Shown here in pieces: positions 9,903 through 20,000 of a DNA stretch of 35,178 nucleotides. Origin of the DNA: Bacteroidota bacterium (GTDB taxonomy: Bacteria > Bacteroidota > Rhodothermia > Rhodothermales > Bin80); NCBI GenBank assembly GCA_026702635.1, contig JAPPBZ010000181.1, positions 1-35,178 of the forward strand. Direction: 5' to 3'. Position 1 is the first letter of the stretch. Every line of letters starts with the position of its first letter. A program made the translations under genes and the position numbers. The notes below the pieces were generated by a model that worked only from the letters and a program-made list of their open reading frames with translations, did not search any database and was not told where the DNA came from.

Positions 9903-10297
9903 CCCCTAAACCAAAAGCGCCCCGATACCGAGAGGTACCGGGGCGCTTCGTTTGAAGCTTGAGTAGCTAAGCTACTCGATCTGCTTTACTTCACCAGCGT
10001 CATGCGACCTGTCTTCACATACCTGCTCTCTGCACCAGTTGCAATCATCCGGTACAGATAGGTCCCTGAGGCAAGATTCACCGCGTTGAGCTCGATGCTC
10101 CGGTTTGCTCCTGCTTCAAATTCCTTCGCTGGCAACGTCATCACTTCCCGACCCAGCATGTCCACAATCTGCAGACTTACCTGTGCCGTCTCCGGAAGGT
10201 CAAACTGGATCCGTGTCGACGGATTGAACGGGTTCGGATAGTTTCCGTGCAGAGTGAACTCCGTCGGAAGCTCTTCCGTGTCGATGACGTCGGTCAC
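9903..10297. repeat. 395-bp tract 100% identical to 16609-17003 (terminator + T9SS sorting-domain coding end of giant paralog 1)
   Basis: A base-by-base comparison at a constant offset of 6706 found no mismatch from 9903 to 10297. The first mismatch is at 10298 versus 17004. Confidence 0.95.
9908..9946 (-). terminator. rho-independent terminator of giant paralog 1
   Basis: The minus strand reads GCGCCCCGGTACC-TCTC-GGTATCGGGGCGC, a 13-bp stem with one G-U pair, followed by TTTTGGTTT. It lies 40 nt after the stop codon. Confidence 0.8.
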
Positions 10298-13200
10298 CAC
10301 AAAGCTCGAAACCCGATCGCCGTTCACATCTACGCCGTAGACCTCCAGTGCAGCTGCCAAATTCGACAGGTTCAAGATCACAGCCTCTCCCTGACGTCCT
10401 GACAGATCCAACTGGAATACCGCAATCTCCATGTTGTCCGCTCCGGTCACCTGGAGATTGACAAAGCCCGGCTCAAACTGGAGGTACTTCGTGGTCTGGT
10501 CGAATGCAAGCTGTCTGGCCACGATCCGCTCCACATGGTTACCGTCGTAAGGATCCAACAAATTGATATTCACCGCTGGTGCATCCCCAGAACCATGAAC
10601 CAGAATCGCCTCCACCATATTGGTGGCTGTGGACGTCTTTCTGGTCTCAATCGTCTTCACCCTTACATCATTCGCGGCGAGCGCGCCATGAACGATGACC
10701 GCATAACTCTTATCGGCCTGCAGCGTGAGGAGTTCAATCCCGATCTCCAGATCGGCAGGAGCACCCACCGGCTGAATCTGCACTTGATGCGACCCTGCGC
10801 TAACCATCGTATGCCCGGTCGCATTCTGGAAAGTCAGTCCAGAAAGAAGCGGCGCACCATCCAGGGACACTTCCACCGGAACCGGTATCACCGCGTTGTG
10901 AATAAGCTGAACCTCTGCCAACCCGCCTATGATTTCATCCCGGTGAATCGGATTCTCAAGCCCATTTGCAGCAATCCCCAGGATCGCACACGTTCCAACA
11001 TCAACACTCTCCTGCGTTAGATTCAGGACCCCATTCACATAACCGTTCTCCGCAAATGACGCTTCGTTCGTCCCGGTGATTTGGGTCCCAGCCAAACGCG
11101 CATTTCCCCCTCCACAATCCCATTGCACCATGCGCAGCCTGCTATCATCAAATACGTTCACGAGTCCGTCGGCAGCAACACGAATATGGAGATTCTGACC
11201 CAGCACCTCTGTGGACTGCACCTTCCAGAAGATGTCCGCGTGTGCATCCAGCGTCAGTGAACCACCCTGTGTAGGAACCAGGATATTATCTACGGGCCAG
11301 GATATATCTCCAGATCCCATCATTGGAGTCACCGTGACAGGCATCGCTGCCGACAGTTGATCCTCCAGTTGAAGGATCAGTGGGCGATAATGAGCCTGAT
11401 CCCCCTTCATACCGCCAACCGGGAACAGGTAACCACCGCTCAGTTCACCGCTACCAGAATTCCCATGGATCACATAACGGGAAACTTCAGCGAACAGATG
11501 TGCTCGGCGAGTGCCCCCTTTGATGACGCTGGCACAACTCTCACCAGCTGCACAGGTCATCAGGGCATTATTCCGTCCCCTGACGTCCTCTTCGATCCCC
11601 GCGTTCTTCACGGTCCATGTATACATACCGCTGATGATTCCACGCGTCAGGGTCAACGTACTCGAGCCCCCTTGTGCTACATTGTGGCCAAGCATGATTC
11701 CCGCCGAATTGTTCACCACGACATTTCCAACATCAACCGCGGAACTGACCATCTGGGACTCTTCTCCAGAGAATTCAAGATCTGCATTGAGCATATAGTT
11801 TTCCGAGGTCAGACCGAAGTTGAAGTCTCCCTTCAGTGTCAGCTTCGTACCACTCTGCGTCGAGTAGCGAGCCGCATGGCCCGTCCCGGAGGTCATGAAT
11901 GCACCTGTGACGGTTTTATCCGTGTTTGCACTCAGGTGTGCACCACCTTTAGGATCATGCTCGTTGATACCACCCGTCTGCGTAGTCACCTGGGAGTAGT
12001 CTCCCCCAACCGTAACCGAATTCCTGTTCGCTGCATCTCCGCCTCGGGAGGAAAATCCTCCATCGCCGCTGATCGCGAGATCTCCCTTGAATGTGAGAGT
12101 CTTAAGCTCCTGATAGATCGCGGAAGAACTGACAGCCACATCTTTGTTGACCTTGGCTTTCGTCCCGCGGAATTCGACCGCCCCGTTAGATGCGTTCAGC
12201 GAGTCCACCGTTACGTTATCTCCTGAGCCAACAACATACAAGGTTCCGTTCCAGTTGGCAGCATTGCCAGCATTGACGGCGTTTTTATTCGGAGTTGCCG
12301 CCCCATTATAGACGATCGTGTCAAAACTCGAACCGATTATCTCGGTTTGTTTACTTCCCATCGGTACATGAACCATCCCCACGACCGAGCCTTTTGCTTT
12401 GACGTCCAGTTTCACATGAGGCCGTGCATCAGTACCAATCGGATATTGCCAATCGCCATGCAGACCGTCCTTCGGATTCGTCGTTTCGGGACCTAACTGG
12501 AGAGCACCGGCTCCCACATCAATCGTCCCCCTTCCACCATTATCACCATCTCCACCAACGGTAGCAAGCGCAGTGGCATTGTTCAGATCCATGCTGGTGG
12601 CCGTTCCAAGTACATGGAGACCTCCACCGCCAGTCCCGACCTTTCCTGCTTCCTTGTCGGCTACCGCAACCTCCACAAAGCCGTTCACCATTACGTTGTT
12701 GCCATTGGCGTGCAGTTCCCCATTGTCTACCTTGAGGAACGGGGAAACACCAGACACACTTGGCATACCAATCGTCAGATGCGAGCCGTCTCCTTTCAGG
12801 TGCAGATGTCCCTTGAAGATGTGGACCCCCTCAACGAGGGATTTCGCCTCGTTGACGATAATGACCGCATCTTTATGGTCCACCGCTACTTTACGCGCAT
12901 GAGAAGACCACTCCATGCCTGCCGTGCGTTCTCCCTCCGTCACGTACTTCAGGATATATCCATCCTTAGCCGCAGCATTGGGCGTCGTCACGTCTGCGCC
13001 AATACTTCCTGGCTCGTTTGTATCCAGGCTCAGAGTGCCATCCTTCGCCGTAAGGAAATCAGTGACCGTCAACGTATGGTCATCATCTCCTCCGACTTCA
13101 AACAGAACCACATCCCCCTTGCAAAGTCCGAAATTATCTACCTCGGTCACCTGATCAAGGCGAAACTCGCCGTCATCGATATGGATGGACAGTGACGCCA

Positions 13201-15622
13201 GAGCATGACTGACGTTAACAAGGTCAGTCCTCCGGGTCCCATAGACGAGTTTCGTCAGCATTGAACCGTCACCGAGTGCGCCATCCAGCTCGCCCTGAAG
13301 AATCAGCCCTGCAGTGACCGTGACACTATTAGTCGCATCGGACTCAAGTTCGGCCCCGTCTGCAACATGCAGCGTCGCGACCGTCAATGCTCCATTGACT
13401 TCCAGGTCCTCCTGCGTCACCAATGCGTCAAGTGTCAATGCAGCACCATCGACCACATGCCCATCGTCATCGGACAGTATCAGGCGGGTCCCGGCGTTCA
13501 GCGAAAAGATGTTTGAACACATCCCCTCATCCAGGGCCACTGCTGCCGATTCCATTTCGATCGGGTTACCCGACGCAAAAATGTCTCCGTCCAATCTCAA
13601 ATTGTGGGCCGAAATGACATCATTGGCCCCCATGTCTGCACCCAAAACAATTCTGTATGTCGTTTCGCCCATCCCCTCTGTGAGCTCTGCTTCAATGACC
13701 AGGTCTCGTTGAATATGAGACATCATGGCGGAATTCGTATTTCCTGCGGGTCTTGCCGCGAAAATCACACGAGGAGCACAGCGCGTATCGGCTCGGTTCA
13801 TTGCAGAGTTCACATTAGCGATCACATTGGACTGTACATGCAAATCCTCCTCTATTGTCACTTCATCTTGAAACTGCACACCGGGAATATAAAATCCTCG
13901 TCCCGCGGTCACATTATTCAGGGTTTTGAAGAACCGCATATCCGAAGTCCCATGGTCCACAAACACATTCTCAGTATTGTTGGCACTTATCGTGAACGTT
14001 GCAGAGCTTGGCGTTCCCGGACGTGCATTCACCAATTCACCTAGCGACACAATGATCGTCTCAGCGGCCTCCTCGTCAGTATCATAATTTATTTGGACGT
14101 TAGTCCTTGCTTCGGTATCCCCGCTCGCAATTGTAAGTTCGGTCGCACCGACTTCGTAGTCGTTATCACTACCATCAGCGGCAATAGTGGCTGTTCCACT
14201 AAAGATCAGCGGGACTGTCACATCAAGACCACCTGGATGTACCTTGCTAAGGGTTGCTGTCAGCCTCGCCAGATCACCCTCTATCACTGTTCTAGGAGAT
14301 GCCTCCAGACTCACTACGGGCTCATCTACGACTATAACAAAAACATTGTCCAATGTGGAACGATAGTCACAAGTAAACGGAACGTCTTCGTCGGCCGTTG
14401 CTAGCTTGATTCCTCTCCGAACAGTAGTGGCAACCTGGGTGCCGGTCCCGTCATCCGCGGTCCGCGCCGTACCGAACGTGGCCGGGAACGTATTGGTCGG
14501 TAGTTCTCCATCCTCCAGGATCACACTCCCGCTGACTGTAGCATTGCCCTCAAATACAACCCGGGAATCATTCCACTGGACCACATCACCATCAACCTCG
14601 ACACTATTCCTGAAAATGAAGTCCGTCGTGATATCTCCTCCCTCGGTAGGACTATTGATACTTCCTGCGACCGTTAAGTCGCTAATCCTTCCAAGCTCAA
14701 AACAGATATTCCCCGACGCAATTGCACGAACCTCATTGTCGATCTCCCCGCCACCTGTAATTCTAACGCAATCGTCGTGATCAGCCTCATTCTTGTCGTT
14801 GGGCATATAATCACTACTCATGTGAAAGAAGCCCGCTTCCCGTTCCGCATTCTGATACGCAATCCAGACCACACCCGAACCGTCAATCGTGCCATTCACA
14901 GTTAGTATCCCCCTCGGGTCATCCTTCGGCGACTTGCTCAATGGAACGCGCAGATCAATCAGATTCCCGGCTGTGCCCACAGTCAAGGTTGCTCCACTGT
15001 TGACCGTCAACGAATCTACGCGAAGTGTTGCACCATCGGCCGGTCCTTCTATGGTAAGATCTTCCGCGACCACGAGTGCGCCAATCGTTGTCGTTCCAGT
15101 CGGGGCGGTCAGAGTCCCGGAAATCTTCAGCCGAGATGCCGGATTTTTCTCGTTTGGAGCTGGATCAACGAGTAAAGGGTTCGCACTTACATTTTCACTG
15201 TCAACATCCTCGAATTGAACGGTAGCCAACGAGTCAAGCTCAAATTGACCACCCGTCCCAATTCCAAACTCGCCTGTGAATTCCAGTGTGCCCGCCACAC
15301 GATCTCCGCTACCTCGCACATAGGCACCAAAACGTTGTAGGGTCGTCAGATCGGCGGAAGGTGACGCAACCGTGACGACCCCACCTGGCCTCCGAACCCG
15401 GATCAGGATGACATCCCCTGCAGTAGTGGCAGAGCTCACTGCCTGATCCAATAAACATGGAGTCGGGTGACCACCATTGGTTTCGGTACTAGCACAAGCA
15501 GAGCCGCTACCATTATCTGGATCCACGTAGTAGGTGGTTTGTGCGAACGCTCCAGAGGCAAAGAACAGCATGGCAAGCAATGCCACGCAACCAGCCCCCA
15601 CAAAGTTAGCGGTGTATTTCAT
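9986..15622 (-). CDS. giant secreted surface protein, paralog 1 (beta-helix-like N-terminus, Calx-beta, DUF4397-like modules, T9SS C-terminal sorting domain)
   Basis: The protein is 1878 aa with a signal peptide (...FFASGAFA|QT). Its N-terminus TTYYVDPDNGSG...AGDVILIRV resembles the start of parallel beta-helix/pectate-lyase-fold proteins. A Calx-beta-like segment is present (VVSLEASPRTVIEGD...TVPLIFSGTATIAADGSDNDYE...DTDEEAAETIIVSLG). DUF4397-like segments are present (AEVQLIHNAVIPVPVEVSLDGAPLLSGLTFQNATG...; AILVHGSGDAPAVNINLLD). The T9SS type-A sorting domain reads LHGNYPNPFNPSTRIQFDLPE...ASGTYLYRM...TGRMTLVK. Confidence 0.9.
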   Translation of the reverse strand: MKYTANFVGAGCVALLAMLFFASGAFAQTTYYVDPDNGSGSACASTETNGGHPTPCLLDQAVSSATTAGDVILIRVRRPGGVVTVASPSADLTTLQRFGAYVRGSGDRVAGTLEFTGEFGIGTGGQFELDSLATVQFEDVDSENVSANPLLVDPAPNEKNPASRLKISGTLTAPTGTTTIGALVVAEDLTIEGPADGATLRVDSLTVNSGATLTVGTAGNLIDLRVPLSKSPKDDPRGILTVNGTIDGSGVVWIAYQNAEREAGFFHMSSDYMPNDKNEADHDDCVRITGGGEIDNEVRAIASGNICFELGRISDLTVAGSINSPTEGGDITTDFIFRNSVEVDGDVVQWNDSRVVFEGNATVSGSVILEDGELPTNTFPATFGTARTADDGTGTQVATTVRRGIKLATADEDVPFTCDYRSTLDNVFVIVVDEPVVSLEASPRTVIEGDLARLTATLSKVHPGGLDVTVPLIFSGTATIAADGSDNDYEVGATELTIASGDTEARTNVQINYDTDEEAAETIIVSLGELVNARPGTPSSATFTISANNTENVFVDHGTSDMRFFKTLNNVTAGRGFYIPGVQFQDEVTIEEDLHVQSNVIANVNSAMNRADTRCAPRVIFAARPAGNTNSAMMSHIQRDLVIEAELTEGMGETTYRIVLGADMGANDVISAHNLRLDGDIFASGNPIEMESAAVALDEGMCSNIFSLNAGTRLILSDDDGHVVDGAALTLDALVTQEDLEVNGALTVATLHVADGAELESDATNSVTVTAGLILQGELDGALGDGSMLTKLVYGTRRTDLVNVSHALASLSIHIDDGEFRLDQVTEVDNFGLCKGDVVLFEVGGDDDHTLTVTDFLTAKDGTLSLDTNEPGSIGADVTTPNAAAKDGYILKYVTEGERTAGMEWSSHARKVAVDHKDAVIIVNEAKSLVEGVHIFKGHLHLKGDGSHLTIGMPSVSGVSPFLKVDNGELHANGNNVMVNGFVEVAVADKEAGKVGTGGGGLHVLGTATSMDLNNATALATVGGDGDNGGRGTIDVGAGALQLGPETTNPKDGLHGDWQYPIGTDARPHVKLDVKAKGSVVGMVHVPMGSKQTEIIGSSFDTIVYNGAATPNKNAVNAGNAANWNGTLYVVGSGDNVTVDSLNASNGAVEFRGTKAKVNKDVAVSSSAIYQELKTLTFKGDLAISGDGGFSSRGGDAANRNSVTVGGDYSQVTTQTGGINEHDPKGGAHLSANTDKTVTGAFMTSGTGHAARYSTQSGTKLTLKGDFNFGLTSENYMLNADLEFSGEESQMVSSAVDVGNVVVNNSAGIMLGHNVAQGGSSTLTLTRGIISGMYTWTVKNAGIEEDVRGRNNALMTCAAGESCASVIKGGTRRAHLFAEVSRYVIHGNSGSGELSGGYLFPVGGMKGDQAHYRPLILQLEDQLSAAMPVTVTPMMGSGDISWPVDNILVPTQGGSLTLDAHADIFWKVQSTEVLGQNLHIRVAADGLVNVFDDSRLRMVQWDCGGGNARLAGTQITGTNEASFAENGYVNGVLNLTQESVDVGTCAILGIAANGLENPIHRDEIIGGLAEVQLIHNAVIPVPVEVSLDGAPLLSGLTFQNATGHTMVSAGSHQVQIQPVGAPADLEIGIELLTLQADKSYAVIVHGALAANDVRVKTIETRKTSTATNMVEAILVHGSGDAPAVNINLLDPYDGNHVERIVARQLAFDQTTKYLQFEPGFVNLQVTGADNMEIAVFQLDLSGRQGEAVILNLSNLAAALEVYGVDVNGDRVSSFVVTDVIDTEELPTEFTLHGNYPNPFNPSTRIQFDLPETAQVSLQIVDMLGREVMTLPAKEFEAGANRSIELNAVNLASGTYLYRMIATGAESRYVKTGRMTLVK

Positions 15623-15725
15623 GTGTTCGGGCCTCTGCCCGTTGAGTTATGAGTTTAGATTTGGTTTGAATAGAATAGCAGCAGAGATACCTAATATTTT
15701 ATAGGTGCCTTATTTATATCGGGGA

Positions 15726-15733
15726 CAAATATA
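15726..15733 (-). promoter_or_regulatory. candidate Bacteroidota-type -7 promoter element (TAnnTTTG) for giant paralog 1
   Basis: The minus strand reads TATATTTG, directly abutting the proximal end of conserved element copy B. It lies ~100 nt upstream of the ATG at 15622. Confidence 0.3.
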
Positions 15734-15958
15734 CAATTGCACGCGAACATCCAGGCAGTACCGAATGATCTCCCTGCAACGGGGGCCTCCAGCTCTGCCT
15801 TGTACATACAAAGAAAGCCCGGAAAATGGGCATTCTCCCGCGTGCCCAAGCGAGTGGCTATAGACCCCCAATCAGGTGACTGGTTTGGGCATAATGCGAT
15901 TCATTCTGTGCTTTGCGGGTTTGGGTTTCGATCCCCTTGATTTGACCTTGAAATAACC
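15733..15958 (-). repeat. conserved upstream element, copy B (upstream of giant paralog 1)
   Basis: This is the counterpart of 9332-9562 (see that entry). The ORFs called on either strand here (15737-15940 +) are not frame-consistent with copy A. Confidence 0.8.
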
Positions 15959-16608
15959 TAGCTCAGGATCGATCTCCTCGTCGACGCGGCGGGGATTGTA
16001 GCTGTAGAAGCCCTTCAGACTGCGGCGGTAGCCGCGTGCACCGGCATGGCCCTTGAAGGGATCGTAAGTTTAGGAGAGAATCTGATTTATGTTTGCGCCG
16101 GTGAACGTACGGCAAAGGATGCTGCTCTTGATGTGGGGAAAAATATGGCGAAAAAAGGAGCCCTGTCTGCCGCGGGCTAGCCGTAGTATCCGTAGCGATC
16201 GCTTGTGGGGCCGGTCCTGTGCTTTCGAATATGGCTCTGGTCTTGATTACGATTAGGGGGGACTGTTTACGTGATTGGTGCAATCAACCAGATTGCCGGG
16301 GCATACAGAGAGACTCGGCCGGGGTTAGAAACTTCTATGGCGTAGCGAATACTCTACTCGGCAAAAGATGGACTCTGGTACTTAGAAAAAGGCCATCAAC
16401 GAGCTATTGAGTGGGCACCGGTGTCGAGGCCTCTCTCAACACTGGCAGAGATGTCAGCAATTTCTCTTTGTCCGGCAGGTTGATTTCACTTTGAATCAAG
16501 CTTAATTCTGGTGCCCCTTTTCATGATCCCAGCCAATAGCAACCAAGCAACGAATTCCTCTGATTGATAGATATAGGCTCCAATAGGAATCCTTCAATCA
16601 ACTTCCTC

Positions 16609-17003
16609 CCCCTAAACCAAAAGCGCCCCGATACCGAGAGGTACCGGGGCGCTTCGTTTGAAGCTTGAGTAGCTAAGCTACTCGATCTGCTTTACTTCAC
16701 CAGCGTCATGCGACCTGTCTTCACATACCTGCTCTCTGCACCAGTTGCAATCATCCGGTACAGATAGGTCCCTGAGGCAAGATTCACCGCGTTGAGCTCG
16801 ATGCTCCGGTTTGCTCCTGCTTCAAATTCCTTCGCTGGCAACGTCATCACTTCCCGACCCAGCATGTCCACAATCTGCAGACTTACCTGTGCCGTCTCCG
16901 GAAGGTCAAACTGGATCCGTGTCGACGGATTGAACGGGTTCGGATAGTTTCCGTGCAGAGTGAACTCCGTCGGAAGCTCTTCCGTGTCGATGACGTCGGT
17001 CAC
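16609..17003. repeat. 395-bp tract 100% identical to 9903-10297 (terminator + sorting-domain coding end of giant paralog 2)
   Basis: See 9903-10297. The comparison was done by hand. Confidence 0.95.
16614..16652 (-). terminator. rho-independent terminator of giant paralog 2
   Basis: It has the same hairpin plus T-tract sequence as 9908-9946. Confidence 0.8.
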
Positions 17004-20000
17004 GACAAAGCTCGAAACCCGATCGCCATTCACATCCACGCCGTAGACCTCCAACGCAGCTGCCAAATTCGACAGGTTCAAGATCACAGCCTCGCCCTGG
17101 CGTCCTGACAGATCCAGCTGGAATACCGCAATCTCCATGTTATCCGCTCCAGTCACCTGGAGATTGACAAAGTCCGGATCAAACTGGAGATACTTCGTGG
17201 TCTGGTCGAACGCAAGCTGCCTGGCCACGATCCGCTCCAACTGATTGCTGTCGTAGGGATCCAGCAAGTTGACATTCACCGCCGACGCATCCCCAGAGCC
17301 ATGGACCAGAATCGCCTCCACCATATTGCTGGCTGTGGACGTCTTTCTCGTTTCAATCGTCTTCACAGCATTACTAACAAGCGTGCCATGAGCGATGACC
17401 GCATAACTCTTGTCGGCCTGCAATGTTGGCAGTTCAACAGTAATTCCCTGCTCGGCAGGAACACCCAACGGCTGGAACCGGACCTCATGCGATCCTGCAC
17501 TAACCATCGTGTATCCGGTCGCATTCTGGAAGGTCAATCCAGAAGTAAGCGGCGCACCATCCAGGGACACATCCACCGGAACCGGGATTACTGCGTTGTG
17601 AATGAACTGAACCTCGGCCAACCCGCCGGTGATTTCATCCCGGTGAATCGGATTCTCAAGCCCATTTGCGGCAACCCCCAGGATCGCACACGTTCCAACA
17701 TCAACACTTTCCTGCGTCAGGTTCAGAACCCCATTCACATATCCATTCTCCGCAAACGAATCTTCGTCCGTCCCGACGATTTGGGTGCCAGCCAAACGCG
17801 GATTGCTCCAATCACAATCCCACTGCACCATGCGCAGCCTGCTGTCATCAAATACGTTCACAAGTCCGCCGGCAGCAATACGAATATGGGGATTCTGGTC
17901 CACTGCCTCTTTGAGCTCCACTTTCCAGAAGATGTTCGCATGTGCGTCCAGCGTCAGTAGGCCACCCTGGATGGGAACCAGGATATTATCCGCGGGCCAA
18001 GACGGCATCATATCGTCAGATGCCATCATTGAAGTAACTGTGGCCGGCATCGCTTCCGACAGATCATCCTCGAGTTGAAGGACCAGCGGACGATAATGGG
18101 CCCGATCCCCATTCATACCACCAACAGGGAACAGGTAACCACCGCTCAGTTCACCTCCACCAGAATTCCCGTACATCACATGACGGGCAACTCCAGCAGA
18201 CGCATGGGCGCGGCGAGAGCCTCCTTTGATGACGCTGGCACAACTCGCATCCGTTGCACAGGTCATCAGGGCATTATTCCGTCCCCGGACGTCTTCTTCG
18301 ATACCCGCGTTCTTCACCGTCCACGGATACATACCGCTGATGATTCCACGCGTCAGGGTCAACGTACTCGAGCCTCCTTGCATCACACTGTCGGCAAGCA
18401 CGATTCCCTTCGAGTTGTTCACCACAACATGTCCTAGATCCACCCCCGCACTAGCCATCTGGGACTCCGTTCCTGAGAATTCAAGATCTGCCGCAAGCGC
18501 TTTATCAGAACCTGTCTTGACTGCCGCGAAATGAAAGTCTCCTTTCAAAACCAGATCCGTGTTGGCGTTCGACTCAAACCGGTGTGCACCATCGGCTACC
18601 ATAAAGTCGCCCATGACAGTGAGCGTATTTGAGCCAGCTAGCCCCACACCGTCCTGATGTCCAGCATGCTGCGACCCTGCATTCTGCGTGAAGTCGCCCA
18701 TGACCGTCACCTTCGCATCATCCCAGACCCGCATTCCTCCGGTCTCGCCGAACGTGAGATTGCCGCCAAATTTGAGTGTATTCGCACCGTTCACATAGAT
18801 CCGGGCTGAGGTCAGCGCAACATCTTTCTTGATCTCGATGGCATACGCATCCGTTTTGGGATCCGTCTGGTCATAAAATTCGACCGCCGCATCATTCATC
18901 GCGGCTAGGCTGTCAATCGTCACCTTCCTATCATGGAAGTAAAGCCCGCCACCCCAGTTGCCAGCACCGTTCGCATCCTTCTTCGCGTTCCCGGTCCCGT
19001 CCAGCACAACCGTGTCGAATGCCTCCCCGTTAATCCGGGTTTCCTTACTTCCTTTCGGCACGAAAACCTTGCCCGTCACCGCTCCCATGCCTTTGTCTGA
19101 CTTATTCAGCGTCAGGATCACATCGGGTCGCGCATCACCTTCCAAACCATTCGTAGGTTCCTCGTAAGCTGGACCTAACTGAAGCGCGCCCATCCCCACA
19201 TCAATCGTTCCTTTTACACCCACCGTAGCCATGGCGCTTTCATTATTGTAGAGCTTATTGGTGGTCGTTCCCAGCACATGCAGTTCCCCACCGCCGGTCA
19301 CGATCTTGCCCACTTCCGGCTGGTTGTTACGCATCCCGGTTGCGACCGTCACGGTGCCGTGCACCATCACATTGTTGCCATTGGAATGCAGTTCCGCGTT
19401 GTCAACCATGACGAATGGGCTGACACCAGACACGACTGGCATACCAACCGTCAGATGCGAGCCGTCTCCTTTCAGATGCAGATGTCCATTGAAGATGTGG
19501 ACTCCCTCAACGAGAGATTTCGCCTCGGTGACGATAATGACCGCATCTTTGTGGTCTATCGCCACTTTACGAGCATGAGCAGACCATTCACTGCTTGCCA
19601 TGCGTTCTCCCTCCGTCACGTACTTCAGAATATATCCATCCGTAGCCGCGGCATTGGGCTTCGTCTCATCTGTGCCAATACTTCCTGGCTCGTTTGTATC
19701 CAGGCTCAGAGTGCCATCCTTCACCGTAAGGAAATCATTGACCGTCAGCGTATTTTGCTCAGCGGTCCCCGCTTCAAACAGAACCACATTCCCCTTGCAA
19801 AGCCCGAAATTCGCTACACTGGTCACCTGATCAAGGCGAAACTCCCCGTCATCGATATGAACGGTCAGTGACGTCAGACTACTAACATTAACAAGGTCGG
19901 TTCTCCGGGTACCGTAGACGAGTTTGGTCAGCGTTGAACCAGCACCCAGTGCGCCATCCAGTTCGCCCTGAAGGATCAGCCCTGCAGTGACCGAGACACT

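Noticed and set aside
15843-15890. RNA stem TGCCCAA/TTGGGCA inside conserved element copy B as evidence for a structured RNA
   Set aside because: The corresponding positions in copy A (TACCTAA versus TTGGGCA) cannot pair, so there is no compensatory support. With only two copies, structure cannot be inferred.
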